A stretch of 64,000 bases of DNA from Spirochaetia bacterium (GCA_963677595.1 OY782041.1:1248001-1312000), one strand, 5' to 3'. Counted from the first letter of the stretch, positions 19,225 to 28,854 are shown. Made by a program: numbers and translations. Notes: generated by a model not told the origin, from the sequence alone.

Positions 19225-19742
19225 GTGCCGAGAACGCTTCCACCAGGACAGAGGAGGCCCTGCTGCTCAGCAATCAGATCTGCTTTCGGGTCTACTCGCT
19301 TGAGCGGGCGATCACCGCAGCCTACAAGCCGCTGCTTCAGGATCTCGGTCTCACCTACCCGCAGTATCTTGTGATGCTGCTGCTGTGGGAATATGAGAGG
19401 GAAGTGGAGCAGGTGACCACCGTGGGGAGGCTCTGCGAAGCCCTCTCCCTCGATACGGGGACCGTATCCCCGCTCCTCAAACGCATGGCTTCCCGCGGCC
19501 TCCTTACCAGGCGCCGCCTGAAAGAAGACGAACGCACGGTCGTCATCTCACTCACTGCAGCAGGAAGGGCATTGAAACAACAGGCCCTTGATGTCCCCGG
19601 GAAACTTGCACAGTGCCTGTTCGCACATGACGGGACATTCGACGCTGAGCGCTACCTGCACCTCAAAAGTATACTTGATGAAGCCCTCAGCACCCTGAAA
19701 GAGAGCTGCCAACCTCCTGGCAGCTCAGGAGCTGCGCTGTAG
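19221..19742 (+). CDS. ohrR: MarR family regulator, OhrR-like
   Basis: QICFRVY (sensing Cys), GLTYPQYLV, LDTGTVSPLLKR and DERTV motifs. Confidence 0.85.
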   Translation: MSAENASTRTEEALLLSNQICFRVYSLERAITAAYKPLLQDLGLTYPQYLVMLLLWEYEREVEQVTTVGRLCEALSLDTGTVSPLLKRMASRGLLTRRRLKEDERTVVISLTAAGRALKQQALDVPGKLAQCLFAHDGTFDAERYLHLKSILDEALSTLKESCQPPGSSGAAL

Positions 19743-19744
19743 AG

Positions 19745-19766
19745 CCGCAGGCGGCGCCGCCTGCGG
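19745..19766. repeat. perfect 22-bp GC-rich palindrome after ohrR
   Basis: CCGCAGGCGGC|GCCGCCTGCGG with no U-tract. Confidence 0.6.
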
Positions 19767-19868
19767 GCCTCTGCTCCCAGCATCCGTACCCGAAACACTT
19801 CATAATGTATTGAAAAATATACTTAACATTCATTTACACATTTTCATGATGCATGGTATACTTGTCCT

Positions 19869-20849
19869 ATGGAAGATTTCACAGTTTTAGACCTCCTCGA
19901 TCTGGATCTGAAAGAGAATAATGTTCTTAACCTGAAATGCATCGGGGGACGCCCAGGGTTATCCCGTACAATAACGACCTCCAAGGTCAACAGGCCGGGT
20001 CTTACCCTGAGCGGGTTCTTCGAGGAGTTCTCGTATAACAGCATCCAGCTCTTCGGCAAGGGGGAGCAGGCATACCTGAAGAAACTCGAGAGCCAGGACA
20101 ACTATGACACGATCCAGCGTATGTTCTCATTCCCGGTACCGACCTGCATCTTCTGTGAGGACGAGACCCCGAGCGAGAAGTTCATCCAGATCGCCGAGAC
20201 TTCCGGCTGCCCGATCCTGAAGACAGCCCTCGCCTCAGGCGAGTTCGCCCTGCGGCTCTACCAGACTCTTGATGATGTCTTCTCCCCGAAACAGACCATC
20301 CACGGGGTTCTCGTGGAGGTGTTCGGCGTCGGGGTCCTCATCGCAGGGGACAGCGGGGTCGGGAAGAGCGAGACAGCCCTGGAGCTGATCGAGCGCGGCC
20401 ATCGTCTCATCAGCGATGACACGGTCAAACTCAGCTGCGTCAACGGCAACATCCTCATCGGTACCGGTGAGAACGAGTTCCTCGCTCACCATATGGAGAT
20501 ACGCGGCCTCGGGATCGTCAATGTGGCGAACCTCTTCGGGGTCCGGGCCATCAGGGACAAGAAGCGGGTCCAGCTCTTCGCACAGCTTGAGGAGTGGGAT
20601 TCCAACAAGGCTTATGACCGGGTGGGGGGCGACCTCACGACTGACATCCTCGGGGTGACCATCCCGAAACTGGAGATACCGGTGAAGCCGGGAAGGAACA
20701 TCCCGATCATCATAGAGACCGCGGCGATGAATGAACGGCTCAAGAAGCTGGGTTACTCTTCATCCCATGAGTTCAACAAGAATGTGCTGAAGTGGCTGGA
20801 GAGTGAGTCAGCCAGGGACCTATATTACAACAACGAGGATACATTTTAG
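19869..20849 (+). CDS. hprK: HPr kinase/phosphorylase
   Basis: NRPGL, HGVLV, GDSGVGKSETALEL, EIRGLGI and PGRN motifs. Confidence 0.97.
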   Translation: MEDFTVLDLLDLDLKENNVLNLKCIGGRPGLSRTITTSKVNRPGLTLSGFFEEFSYNSIQLFGKGEQAYLKKLESQDNYDTIQRMFSFPVPTCIFCEDETPSEKFIQIAETSGCPILKTALASGEFALRLYQTLDDVFSPKQTIHGVLVEVFGVGVLIAGDSGVGKSETALELIERGHRLISDDTVKLSCVNGNILIGTGENEFLAHHMEIRGLGIVNVANLFGVRAIRDKKRVQLFAQLEEWDSNKAYDRVGGDLTTDILGVTIPKLEIPVKPGRNIPIIIETAAMNERLKKLGYSSSHEFNKNVLKWLESESARDLYYNNEDTF

Positions 20850-20852
20850 GAT

Positions 20853-21116
20853 ATGGTAGAGAAGATCGTTACGGTAAAACACCGGGCCGGGATACATGCA
20901 CGGCCAGCCGCGCTGATCGTGAAGACAGCGAACCAGTTCGCATCCGATTTCTTCATCGAGAAGGATACCATGAGGATCAATGGGAAATCCATCATGGGTA
21001 TCATCACCCTCGGGGCAAGCTACAAGACCGAGCTGAAGATCATGTGCGAGGGTGCTGATGAAGCAGAAGCTGCGAACGCTATCGAACAGCTATTCCTCAA
21101 CAGGTTCGAGGAATAG
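20853..21116 (+). CDS. ptsH: phosphocarrier protein HPr
   Basis: GIHARPA (His15) and GKSIMGI (Ser46). Confidence 0.95.
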   Translation: MVEKIVTVKHRAGIHARPAALIVKTANQFASDFFIEKDTMRINGKSIMGIITLGASYKTELKIMCEGADEAEAANAIEQLFLNRFEE

Positions 21117-21164
21117 GCTGGAGCACCGAATGATGCCTGTCAGGCATCAAGGACGGGAAAGAAC

Positions 21165-21773
21165 ATGAAAGGATTGACCAACCGGCAGACTGAGGTCATC
21201 AAGTTTATTCAGGAATTCATCATGGAGAACACCTATCCCCCGACGATTCGGGAGATAGCCTCCGAGTTCGACATCTCAGTGAAAGCCGCCTTCGACCACA
21301 TCAAGGCACTCGAGAAGAAGGGGATGCTCAAGAGCGGGAGCAACAAGTCACGCTCCCTCGAGATCATCGACAACCACTACAGCCCCAGCGTCGAGATGGT
21401 ACAGGTGCCGCTGCTCGGCAATGTCGCTGCGGGCTTGCCGCTGCTTGCCGAGGAGAACCTCGAGAGCACCCTCCCCTTCGCCGAGGAGGTGCTCGGGTCA
21501 GGCCAGTTCTTCGCACTCCATGTCCATGGCGACAGCATGATCGAGGCGGGGATCCGTGATGGGGACATCGCGATCATCCGGCAGGTCCAGGATGCTTCCA
21601 ACGGGGAGATCGTGGTTGCCAGGATCGCGGACGAGGCTGTCACCCTCAAGCGGTACTACCGTGAGAAGAACCGTGTCCGGCTACAGCCAGAGAACCCGGC
21701 ATACCAGCCGATCTTCACCCAGGACATGCGGATCCTCGGGAAGCTCCATATGATCGTGCGTAACTATGAATAG
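21165..21773 (+). CDS. lexA: SOS repressor LexA
   Basis: LTNRQ..YPPTIREI wHTH, VAAG cleavage site, GDSM catalytic Ser and VTLKR catalytic Lys. Confidence 0.95.
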   Translation: MKGLTNRQTEVIKFIQEFIMENTYPPTIREIASEFDISVKAAFDHIKALEKKGMLKSGSNKSRSLEIIDNHYSPSVEMVQVPLLGNVAAGLPLLAEENLESTLPFAEEVLGSGQFFALHVHGDSMIEAGIRDGDIAIIRQVQDASNGEIVVARIADEAVTLKRYYREKNRVRLQPENPAYQPIFTQDMRILGKLHMIVRNYE

Positions 21774-22833
21774 ACCAGAACCTGCCTACCTGCTCCTTGG
21801 ACCGGAATCAGGGAATAAATCACAGAGGATCAAGGAGATCAGGAGACTCTGCCATGAGCTGAACGGCGGCGAGGAGGCAGAACTCCACCGCTTCTACCCA
21901 TTCGAGACGGAGAACGGCGAGATCCTCGCCTCCCTCCAGAACGCCTCGCTCTTCTCTCCTCACCGACTGGTCATCCTCGCAGAGGCAGAGAACCTCAAGG
22001 CGGCACAGGCCCAGATGATCGCCGCCTACCTCAAGAACCCCTCCGATACGGCCACGCTCATCATCGTCAGTGCCCAGAACAGCGTACACCAGTCCCTGAT
22101 GAAGGCAGTGCCTGCAAAACAGCGGGAGATGTTCTGGGAGCTCTTCGACAACCAGAAGAACGACTGGATCAGGAACTACTTCAGGGCCAGGGGCATCAGG
22201 ATCACACAGGATGCCGTAGACCTCCTGCTTTCCATGATAGAGAACAACACACAGGACCTCAAGGTCGTATGCCAGCAGCTCGCTTCCCACCTCTCGACGA
22301 TGCGGGAGGAGCAGGGACTCCAGGAACAGATAGAGGTTACCGAGGACGAGATCGAGCAGTATATCTACCACAGCAAGACGGAGAGCGTCTTCACCCTCTT
22401 CGAGAAGATCGCGGCTAGGGACCTGGAAGCGACCCTCGACATCCTCAAGGCTTTGGAACTCAGCAGGGAAGCTGACCCCATCCAGCTCTTCGGCGGCATG
22501 CTGTGGCAGTTCAGGAGACTCTACTCCTTCATGTCGCTCATTGATGAGGGGGAATCAGAGACCGTCGCATTCAGCAAGGCGACCGTGCTGGGGAAGGCTG
22601 CCGCCATCCGCGGCAAGCACAACCAGAGGATCTACCGCCAGGCTTCCGGGAACTTCACCCTCATCGATATCCAGAACATCATATCCCATATCTGCACCAT
22701 CGATGCCGAGACACGGGAGATGGGCAGCACCCTGCAGCCCATCCTCTTCGAACGGCTGCTGCACACCATCATCTGCCGAGCCGGCGTCCCCGTGACCAGT
22801 GAGGAGTTTCTGCGCTCTCTTGTGACCCTATAG
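21766..22833 (+). CDS. holA: DNA polymerase III subunit delta
   Basis: YLLLGPE, SLFSPHRLVI and SVFTLFEKI motifs; typical length. Confidence 0.85.
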   Translation: MNRPEPAYLLLGPESGNKSQRIKEIRRLCHELNGGEEAELHRFYPFETENGEILASLQNASLFSPHRLVILAEAENLKAAQAQMIAAYLKNPSDTATLIIVSAQNSVHQSLMKAVPAKQREMFWELFDNQKNDWIRNYFRARGIRITQDAVDLLLSMIENNTQDLKVVCQQLASHLSTMREEQGLQEQIEVTEDEIEQYIYHSKTESVFTLFEKIAARDLEATLDILKALELSREADPIQLFGGMLWQFRRLYSFMSLIDEGESETVAFSKATVLGKAAAIRGKHNQRIYRQASGNFTLIDIQNIISHICTIDAETREMGSTLQPILFERLLHTIICRAGVPVTSEEFLRSLVTL

Positions 22834-24597
22834 CTGCTGTTTTATCGTCCGAACCAGCTCAACAGGCAGTGAACACCGTTTAGCGATGACCACCTCGTCT
22901 TCCATCTTCAGCGCCTCGATCGAGCCGAATTCCTGCATGATCCGCTTCGACCGTACCGGTCCGATGCCGGGTATCGACTCGAGGAGGGAGAACTTCGAGT
23001 CCTGTTCCCGCTTCTTCTGGTTCAGGGAGGTAGCGAAGCGATGGGTCTCATCCCGGACAGCCTGCAGCACTCGCAGGGCCTCGTGACCTTCAGGCAGCCG
23101 GATCGGTTCGGGCTGGTCATACCGGTGGATCTCCTCGAACTCTTTCGCAAGGCCAATGACCGGTATATGGTCGAGGCCGAGGGTCTGGAGGATCTCGCTC
23201 GCCGCATTGACCTGCCCCCTGCCCCCGTCGATCATGATGAGGTCTGGCTGCTCAAGCCCCTCATTCACCACCCGGGTATACCGCCTGGCTACCGCCTCGC
23301 GGATCGCCTCATAATCATCGATAGCACCATGGAGGCTCTTCAGGTGGAAGCGCCGGTACTGTTTCCTGTCAGGGACCCCTTCGTAGAAGGAGATGAGGGA
23401 GGCTACGGGGTACTTCCCGTGGAGCTGCGCGATATCGAAGCCCTCGATCCTCTTGGGGAGGGAAGGAAGCCCCAGGACCTGCTGCAACTCGATGAGTCCC
23501 TCGATGTTCTTCAGGCCGCGCTTCCTCCTCGTGACATCCTGCCTGGCGTTCTCGAGTGCCATCCTGATGATCTTGACGTGCTTCCCCTGTTTCGGGGTAT
23601 GGATCCTGACACTCTTGTTCAGCTCCCTGCTGAAATAGTCCTGGAGCAGCTCCCTGTCGACCTCATGGGATACATAGAGTTCCCTCGGGACCGTCTCCTC
23701 CTCGGTGTAGTACTGCATGATGAAGGAGTTCAGGGTCTGCCCCTCATCGGCGGATGACTCGGAGCGGATCATCTCCCTGCCGAGGAGTTTCCCCTCGACC
23801 ATCTGGAAGAGGGAGATGGAACAGAGCTGGTCGGTCATGACGCAGGCCGCATAATCCCGGTGGGCAAGGCTGAAGTCCTGGACCTTCTGCTGGGTATGCA
23901 CCGACTCGATCGCGGCGATTGTGTCCCGCACCTCGGCAGCCCGTTCGAAGGCGAGGTCAGCCGAGGCCTGCCGCATCTCCCCCTGCAGCCGTTTGAGCAG
24001 GTCCCCGGTCTTCCCCGAGAGGAACTCCTTCACCCGGTCCACCTGCTGCCGGTACTCCTCCTTCGAGATCTTCCCGGCACAGGGTGCGCTGCACTTCCCG
24101 ATATGGTAGTAGAGACAGGGGCTGTACCGCTTCTTCAGAGGTCCCCGGCATTTCCGCAGGGGAAAGAGCTTATCGATGAGCTCGAGGCAGGTGTCGAGCT
24201 TCCCGACATCCGCATAGGGACCGAAGTAGGTAGAACCATCCTTCACGACCCTCCGTGTCCGGAATATCCTGGGGTAATCCTCATTGGTGATGCGGATGAC
24301 GGGGAAGGTCTTGCCGTCCTTGAGGGAGATGTTGTACTTCGGGGTCCACCGCTTGATCAGGTTGTTCTCGAGGATGAGCGCCTCATACTCGTTGCTCGTG
24401 ATGATGTACTCGATATCTTCGATGTGGTTCACGAGCATCCTGGTCTTCAAGTCCCGGTTCTTCAGGAAATAGGAGGAGACGCGCTTCCGTAAGTCCTTCG
24501 CCTTCCCGACATAGATGATTTCGGCATTGCTGTCCTTCATCAGGTAGACGCCCGGGTTGTGGGGGATCTCTTTCACGATTCGGTCCAATCGGCTCAT
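22828..24597 (-). CDS. uvrC: excinuclease ABC subunit C
   Basis: PGVY..IIYVGKAK.LRKRV GIY-YIG domain, UVR domain, RIEGFDI, IDGGRGQ, RDETHRFA and HhH; start taken at 24597 from promoter geometry. Confidence 0.96.
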   Translation of the reverse strand: MSRLDRIVKEIPHNPGVYLMKDSNAEIIYVGKAKDLRKRVSSYFLKNRDLKTRMLVNHIEDIEYIITSNEYEALILENNLIKRWTPKYNISLKDGKTFPVIRITNEDYPRIFRTRRVVKDGSTYFGPYADVGKLDTCLELIDKLFPLRKCRGPLKKRYSPCLYYHIGKCSAPCAGKISKEEYRQQVDRVKEFLSGKTGDLLKRLQGEMRQASADLAFERAAEVRDTIAAIESVHTQQKVQDFSLAHRDYAACVMTDQLCSISLFQMVEGKLLGREMIRSESSADEGQTLNSFIMQYYTEEETVPRELYVSHEVDRELLQDYFSRELNKSVRIHTPKQGKHVKIIRMALENARQDVTRRKRGLKNIEGLIELQQVLGLPSLPKRIEGFDIAQLHGKYPVASLISFYEGVPDRKQYRRFHLKSLHGAIDDYEAIREAVARRYTRVVNEGLEQPDLIMIDGGRGQVNAASEILQTLGLDHIPVIGLAKEFEEIHRYDQPEPIRLPEGHEALRVLQAVRDETHRFATSLNQKKREQDSKFSLLESIPGIGPVRSKRIMQEFGSIEALKMEDEVVIAKRCSLPVELVRTIKQQL

Positions 24598-24689
24598 AGC
24601 CATACTATACTCGAATCAGGGGCCCTTTCCAATATCTTCCCTTGAAAACAGGACGAACAACCAATACAATCTCAAACGAGGAGCAGAAC

Positions 24690-25976
24690 GTGGAAGATCC
24701 AACCCCCTGGCAGGGGATACCCGGCTTCAGGGCTCTCCCTGAAGCAGAACAGCAGTTCATCATCGACGCAGCCGGCAGGCTGCGCCTCAGCTCGCAGCAC
24801 ACCAGGAAGCTGTGTGAGGCAGCCGTGGACCTCAACCTCTGGGAGGAACCCTCCATCCTCGAGCTCTGGGATGAGTCGGGGACCGAACGGCTGACGGGGA
24901 AGACAAAGTCTTCGAAGATCCTCTCCCGCCTCTTCGCACGGGTGGACGCCATCAGGAACCGGATCACGCGATACGATGACTTCACCCCTCCGCTTCTTGG
25001 GGAGCGGAAGGAGACCTCGGTAGAACCGATGGACCCGCATGCGAGACTGTTGGGGACCTGCCCTGTCGCAGGGAAGAAGACCAGGTGCTGCAACCTGGAG
25101 ACCCTCGATGCCGTGAAGCAGTGCGGGTTCGGCTGCAGCTACTGCTCCATCCAATCCTTCTATGACGAGGACCGGGTCTACTTCCATGAGGACCTTCACA
25201 GGAAACTGGAGGAGATCGAACTCGATCCCGGGACGATCTACCATATCGGGACGGGGCAGTCCTCAGACTCCCTCATGTGGGGAGACAGGAACGGCCTCTT
25301 AGGCGACCTCTTCTCCTTCGCCTCCGACAACCCGAACGTGATCCTCGAGCTGAAGACCAAGGCTGCCCGTACTGACTGGCTTGAGCTGGATTCGATCCCG
25401 AAGAATGTGATTGCTACCTGGTCATTGAACACACCAACAATTATCAAGGCTGAGGAACACTTGACGGCGCCATTAGAGGCAAGACTCAAGGCTGCCCGGG
25501 CGGCCGCGGACGCGGGGCTCCTCGTAGGGTTCCACTTCCATCCCATGGTCTGGTACGCCGGATGGGAGCAGGAGTACGCCGAGGTGATCGATACGGTCAC
25601 ATCACTGTTCCTTCCCTCGGAAGTCTGCATGGTATCGCTGGGGACCCTTACCTTCATCAGGCCGGTGATCAGGAAGCTGAGATCCTCAGGCAGGAAGACA
25701 CGGGTCACGGAGATCCCGCTCAACGATGCGGCCGGGAAGAGTTCCTATCCGAGGGATATCAAGCAAGCACTCTTCAGGCATGCCTATGATCGATTCTCTG
25801 ACGAGTGGAAGGAGGAGGTCTTCTTCTACCTCTGCATGGAGGATCCCGCCTTATGGGAGCCGGTATTCGGACGCTCTTATCATGACAACGGGGAGTTCGA
25901 GGCAGCCATGAAGCAGGCTTACATGACTAAAATTGACAGAATCAAAACTTGCGGCACCCCGGCAATCACGGTATAA
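24690..25976 (+). CDS. spore photoproduct lyase family radical SAM protein
   Basis: CGFGCSYC, GTGQSSDSL, LELKTK, WSLN, RLKAA..GFHFHP and YLCME motifs; GTG start after SD GAGGAG. Confidence 0.82.
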   Translation: MEDPTPWQGIPGFRALPEAEQQFIIDAAGRLRLSSQHTRKLCEAAVDLNLWEEPSILELWDESGTERLTGKTKSSKILSRLFARVDAIRNRITRYDDFTPPLLGERKETSVEPMDPHARLLGTCPVAGKKTRCCNLETLDAVKQCGFGCSYCSIQSFYDEDRVYFHEDLHRKLEEIELDPGTIYHIGTGQSSDSLMWGDRNGLLGDLFSFASDNPNVILELKTKAARTDWLELDSIPKNVIATWSLNTPTIIKAEEHLTAPLEARLKAARAAADAGLLVGFHFHPMVWYAGWEQEYAEVIDTVTSLFLPSEVCMVSLGTLTFIRPVIRKLRSSGRKTRVTEIPLNDAAGKSSYPRDIKQALFRHAYDRFSDEWKEEVFFYLCMEDPALWEPVFGRSYHDNGEFEAAMKQAYMTKIDRIKTCGTPAITV

Positions 25977-26029
25977 TCAGCATAACAAGGCACTGCCTGC
26001 AGTCAAAACATCAGCACAGGTCGGTTATT

Positions 26030-26884
26030 ATGGCAAGACGAAATGATGCTACCCGGGTAGATGATATCAAGATTTATAACAGGATGTTCCCCTACCTGAT
26101 GCCCCGCCGCAACGATTCCCTGGTCTTCTACACCCTGGAAGTGGAGATGACGAACGCCGTCAGCTACATCCGTGAGAAGAACCGGGCAGCCGGTTCGAAG
26201 CAGTACCGGCTCTTCGATGTGATCCTGGCAGCACTGGTCCGCACCGTTGCGCTGCGTCCCTCCCTCAACCGGTTCATCGCCGATTACGAGTACTGGCAGC
26301 GGGATGAGATCTCCTTCAACTTCGTCGTGAAGACATCCATGTCCCTCGATGCCCCGGAGCGGAATGCCATCGTGCGTTTCGAACCCGGGATGGCCTTCGA
26401 TGAGATCGCATCCATCACAAACGATGCGATCGACGAGGCACGGACCAGTGATGAGAGTGGCGACGAGACGGTGATCAAGGCCCTGCTCAAGCTCCCGAAA
26501 CCCCTGCTCAAGCTGGTGTTCCGCAACCTGAGAAGGCTGGACCGGAAGGGACGGTACCCGCACGCGCTCAGGGAGGTGGACGGGCTCCATGTCTCGGCGT
26601 TCATCGCGAACCTCGGGAGCATCAACATCGCGAACCCGCCGTTGCACCATCTCTACGAATGGGGGACCACGTCGATCTTCCTGACCATCGGGAAGATGCA
26701 CCGGAAGCGGCTGCTTGACGATGATGACCATGAGATCATCAAGGACACGCTGGAACTCGGGATAACGATCGATGAACGGATCGCAGAAGGGTTCTATTTC
26801 ATGCGGGCTATCAAGCTCTTTCAGCAGTGCCTGGAGCATCCGGAAGTATTGGATTCAGCCCCGGACCTCTCTGAGGCACGTTAG
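26030..26884 (+). CDS. stand-alone 2-oxoacid dehydrogenase E2 catalytic-domain-like protein
   Basis: P.LNRF, ANLGSI and TIDERIAEGFYF motifs; no lipoyl domain. Confidence 0.78.
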   Translation: MARRNDATRVDDIKIYNRMFPYLMPRRNDSLVFYTLEVEMTNAVSYIREKNRAAGSKQYRLFDVILAALVRTVALRPSLNRFIADYEYWQRDEISFNFVVKTSMSLDAPERNAIVRFEPGMAFDEIASITNDAIDEARTSDESGDETVIKALLKLPKPLLKLVFRNLRRLDRKGRYPHALREVDGLHVSAFIANLGSINIANPPLHHLYEWGTTSIFLTIGKMHRKRLLDDDDHEIIKDTLELGITIDERIAEGFYFMRAIKLFQQCLEHPEVLDSAPDLSEAR

Positions 26885-26887
26885 CGG

Positions 26888-27712
26888 CTACCGCTGGAAC
26901 TTTTCCAGAAAAATATCCTTCTCTCTTCCCTCAAGGGGTATTTCCTCACCTGAGAGGATACTCCTGACAGCATTTGCCTCAGATCCCGAGAGGGAGACCC
27001 CCTGGTGCACATGGTTCATGAATGCATCGCTGGCTATCGGGCAGACCTTGCTGGTGATCTCGAAGATCTGGTCCGCATAGGCACGGATCTCATACTGCGC
27101 ATGGGAATCCATCCTGAGCTTGAGGAAATGGAAGAGGTTATGGAGGTCCATCTGCCAGTACCACTGGGTATAGAGACTCAGGGGCAGGTTGATCCTTGCG
27201 AGCTCCCGCGCGATATCGAGGTCGAGCAGCTGTTCATAGGTCCCGTAGGCCCTCTCCTGGTCGGCCTGGAGCAGCTTCATGACCTTCTGCTGCAGCTCGG
27301 CAGGTACCGGCTCATCCTTCCTGCCCTGCTTGTTGTCCTCGCTCTGGAAGGAGATCTTCTCCCCTGCCGGTATGTAGCACTCATCAGACATGACGCTGTA
27401 CCGGCCAGAGATCTCGTTGAGCTTCGCCGTCCGGTGGCGTATCCACTGGCGAGCCACGAAGATCGGCATCTTCACATGGAAGGTGAGGTTCACCATCTCG
27501 AACGGGGAGGTATGCCCGTTACGCATGAGGTAGTTGATGAGCCCCTTGTCCTTCCGGTAGGTCTTCGTACCCCCGGCATAGGAGACACGCGCAGCCTGCA
27601 CGATCCTCTCGTCCGACCCGTTATAGTCGACGAGGCGGACGAACCCCTTGTCGAGTACGGGGTACTCCTGGTCGAGAATCGCTTCCGCTTCGGGAACAAA
27701 ACAATGCGCCAT
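26888..27712 (-). CDS. thyX: FAD-dependent thymidylate synthase
   Basis: AARVSY, GHTSPFE, RQWIRHR...EISGRY and HAQYEIR motifs. Confidence 0.96.
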   Translation of the reverse strand: MAHCFVPEAEAILDQEYPVLDKGFVRLVDYNGSDERIVQAARVSYAGGTKTYRKDKGLINYLMRNGHTSPFEMVNLTFHVKMPIFVARQWIRHRTAKLNEISGRYSVMSDECYIPAGEKISFQSEDNKQGRKDEPVPAELQQKVMKLLQADQERAYGTYEQLLDLDIARELARINLPLSLYTQWYWQMDLHNLFHFLKLRMDSHAQYEIRAYADQIFEITSKVCPIASDAFMNHVHQGVSLSGSEANAVRSILSGEEIPLEGREKDIFLEKFQR

Positions 27713-27736
27713 AACGCCTCCTTAGGGATAGACTGC

Positions 27737-27955
27737 TTACTTCGACAGGTTATCGAACCTGCGTTCCTTCTCAAGGTCGAAGAGGATCGTCTCAAGGTTC
27801 TTGATCCGTTCCTCCTGGGCATCGAGCTGTTTCCTGAGCTCCTCGATGACCTCTGCCGAGGCACCGCTCTCATGTCTTTTGTCGAGGTACGATTTCAACA
27901 CTCCGCTGAGTGACCCGACGACTACGATCAGGACGATTGCGAACCAAAAATCCAT
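27737..27955 (-). CDS. small TM plus coiled-coil protein (PspB-like shape)
   Basis: N-terminal TM helix, then RIKNLETIL coiled coil; SD GGAG. Confidence 0.7.
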   Translation of the reverse strand: MDFWFAIVLIVVVGSLSGVLKSYLDKRHESGASAEVIEELRKQLDAQEERIKNLETILFDLEKERRFDNLSK

Positions 27956-28018
27956 ACTGCACACTCCAACTCATAATGTAGCTAGAGTGTATCAAAGAAG
28001 GTTTCCCTGTTCAATAAG

Positions 28019-28729
28019 CTAAGAACGAGTCCTCAGCCTGCCGGTGACGATCCCAAGGCCGGCAGAACAGGCGGTCTCGGTGCGCAGCACCCGCTCCCCC
28101 ATACCGATGACCCTGAACCCCATTGCCCTGAACAGGTCGCGTTCCCGATCGCTCCAGCCCCGCTCGGGACCGATCGCAAGGACGACCGGCCCTGAGAACG
28201 GGACCTCCATGATGTCGCCTTCCGGTTCGATGTTGTCCAGCAGGAGGCGAGTCATGTCACTGCCGAGATCCAGGCTGCCGACCCCGGGGTAGAGGAGGCA
28301 CTCCGGGATGCAGGTACTCACCGCCTGCTGGGCGCCGTGGAGGAGGTATGAACGGTACTCACCCCTCGTCCAGAGATGGGCCTCCCCATAGGACTTCTCG
28401 GCAGTGTCGGCACCGACTACATGGATCTTCCGGACCCCGAGGCTCACCGCCTCCCTGAGGATCCGTTTCATGCAGATCGGCCTCACCTGGGCGACGACCA
28501 GCTCGACGGGAAGCATCGGCTTCTCGACCTCTCCCGGTTCCCAGGAGAACCGGATCCCCTCCTCCCGGACCTCCAGGACCTGGCCATATCCGGCAGGCCC
28601 GTTCACCAGGCCTATGCGGACCCGTTCACCCGGGGTTACCTTGAGCACCTTCCTCATATGCTTCGCACGTTCATCCGAGATCGGGAGGAACCCGTCAGGC
28701 GGCAGTTCATCGAACAGTATGATATTCAT
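28019..28729 (-). CDS. rsmE: 16S rRNA m3U1498 methyltransferase
   Basis: H..KVL, IGPERGWS and MGERVLRTETA SPOUT motifs. Confidence 0.92.
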   Translation of the reverse strand: MNIILFDELPPDGFLPISDERAKHMRKVLKVTPGERVRIGLVNGPAGYGQVLEVREEGIRFSWEPGEVEKPMLPVELVVAQVRPICMKRILREAVSLGVRKIHVVGADTAEKSYGEAHLWTRGEYRSYLLHGAQQAVSTCIPECLLYPGVGSLDLGSDMTRLLLDNIEPEGDIMEVPFSGPVVLAIGPERGWSDRERDLFRAMGFRVIGMGERVLRTETACSAGLGIVTGRLRTRS

Positions 28730-28854
28730 ACTGAGAGTTATACCATGTTTCCGCCATACCCTGAAAGCCGTCATGCCCGAGAAGCAGATCCTCTCTTGAC
28801 TTTTTCCTCAGCTGCTTTATCATAGGTGAATCATTCCGGGTAGAGAGGTGAGAT

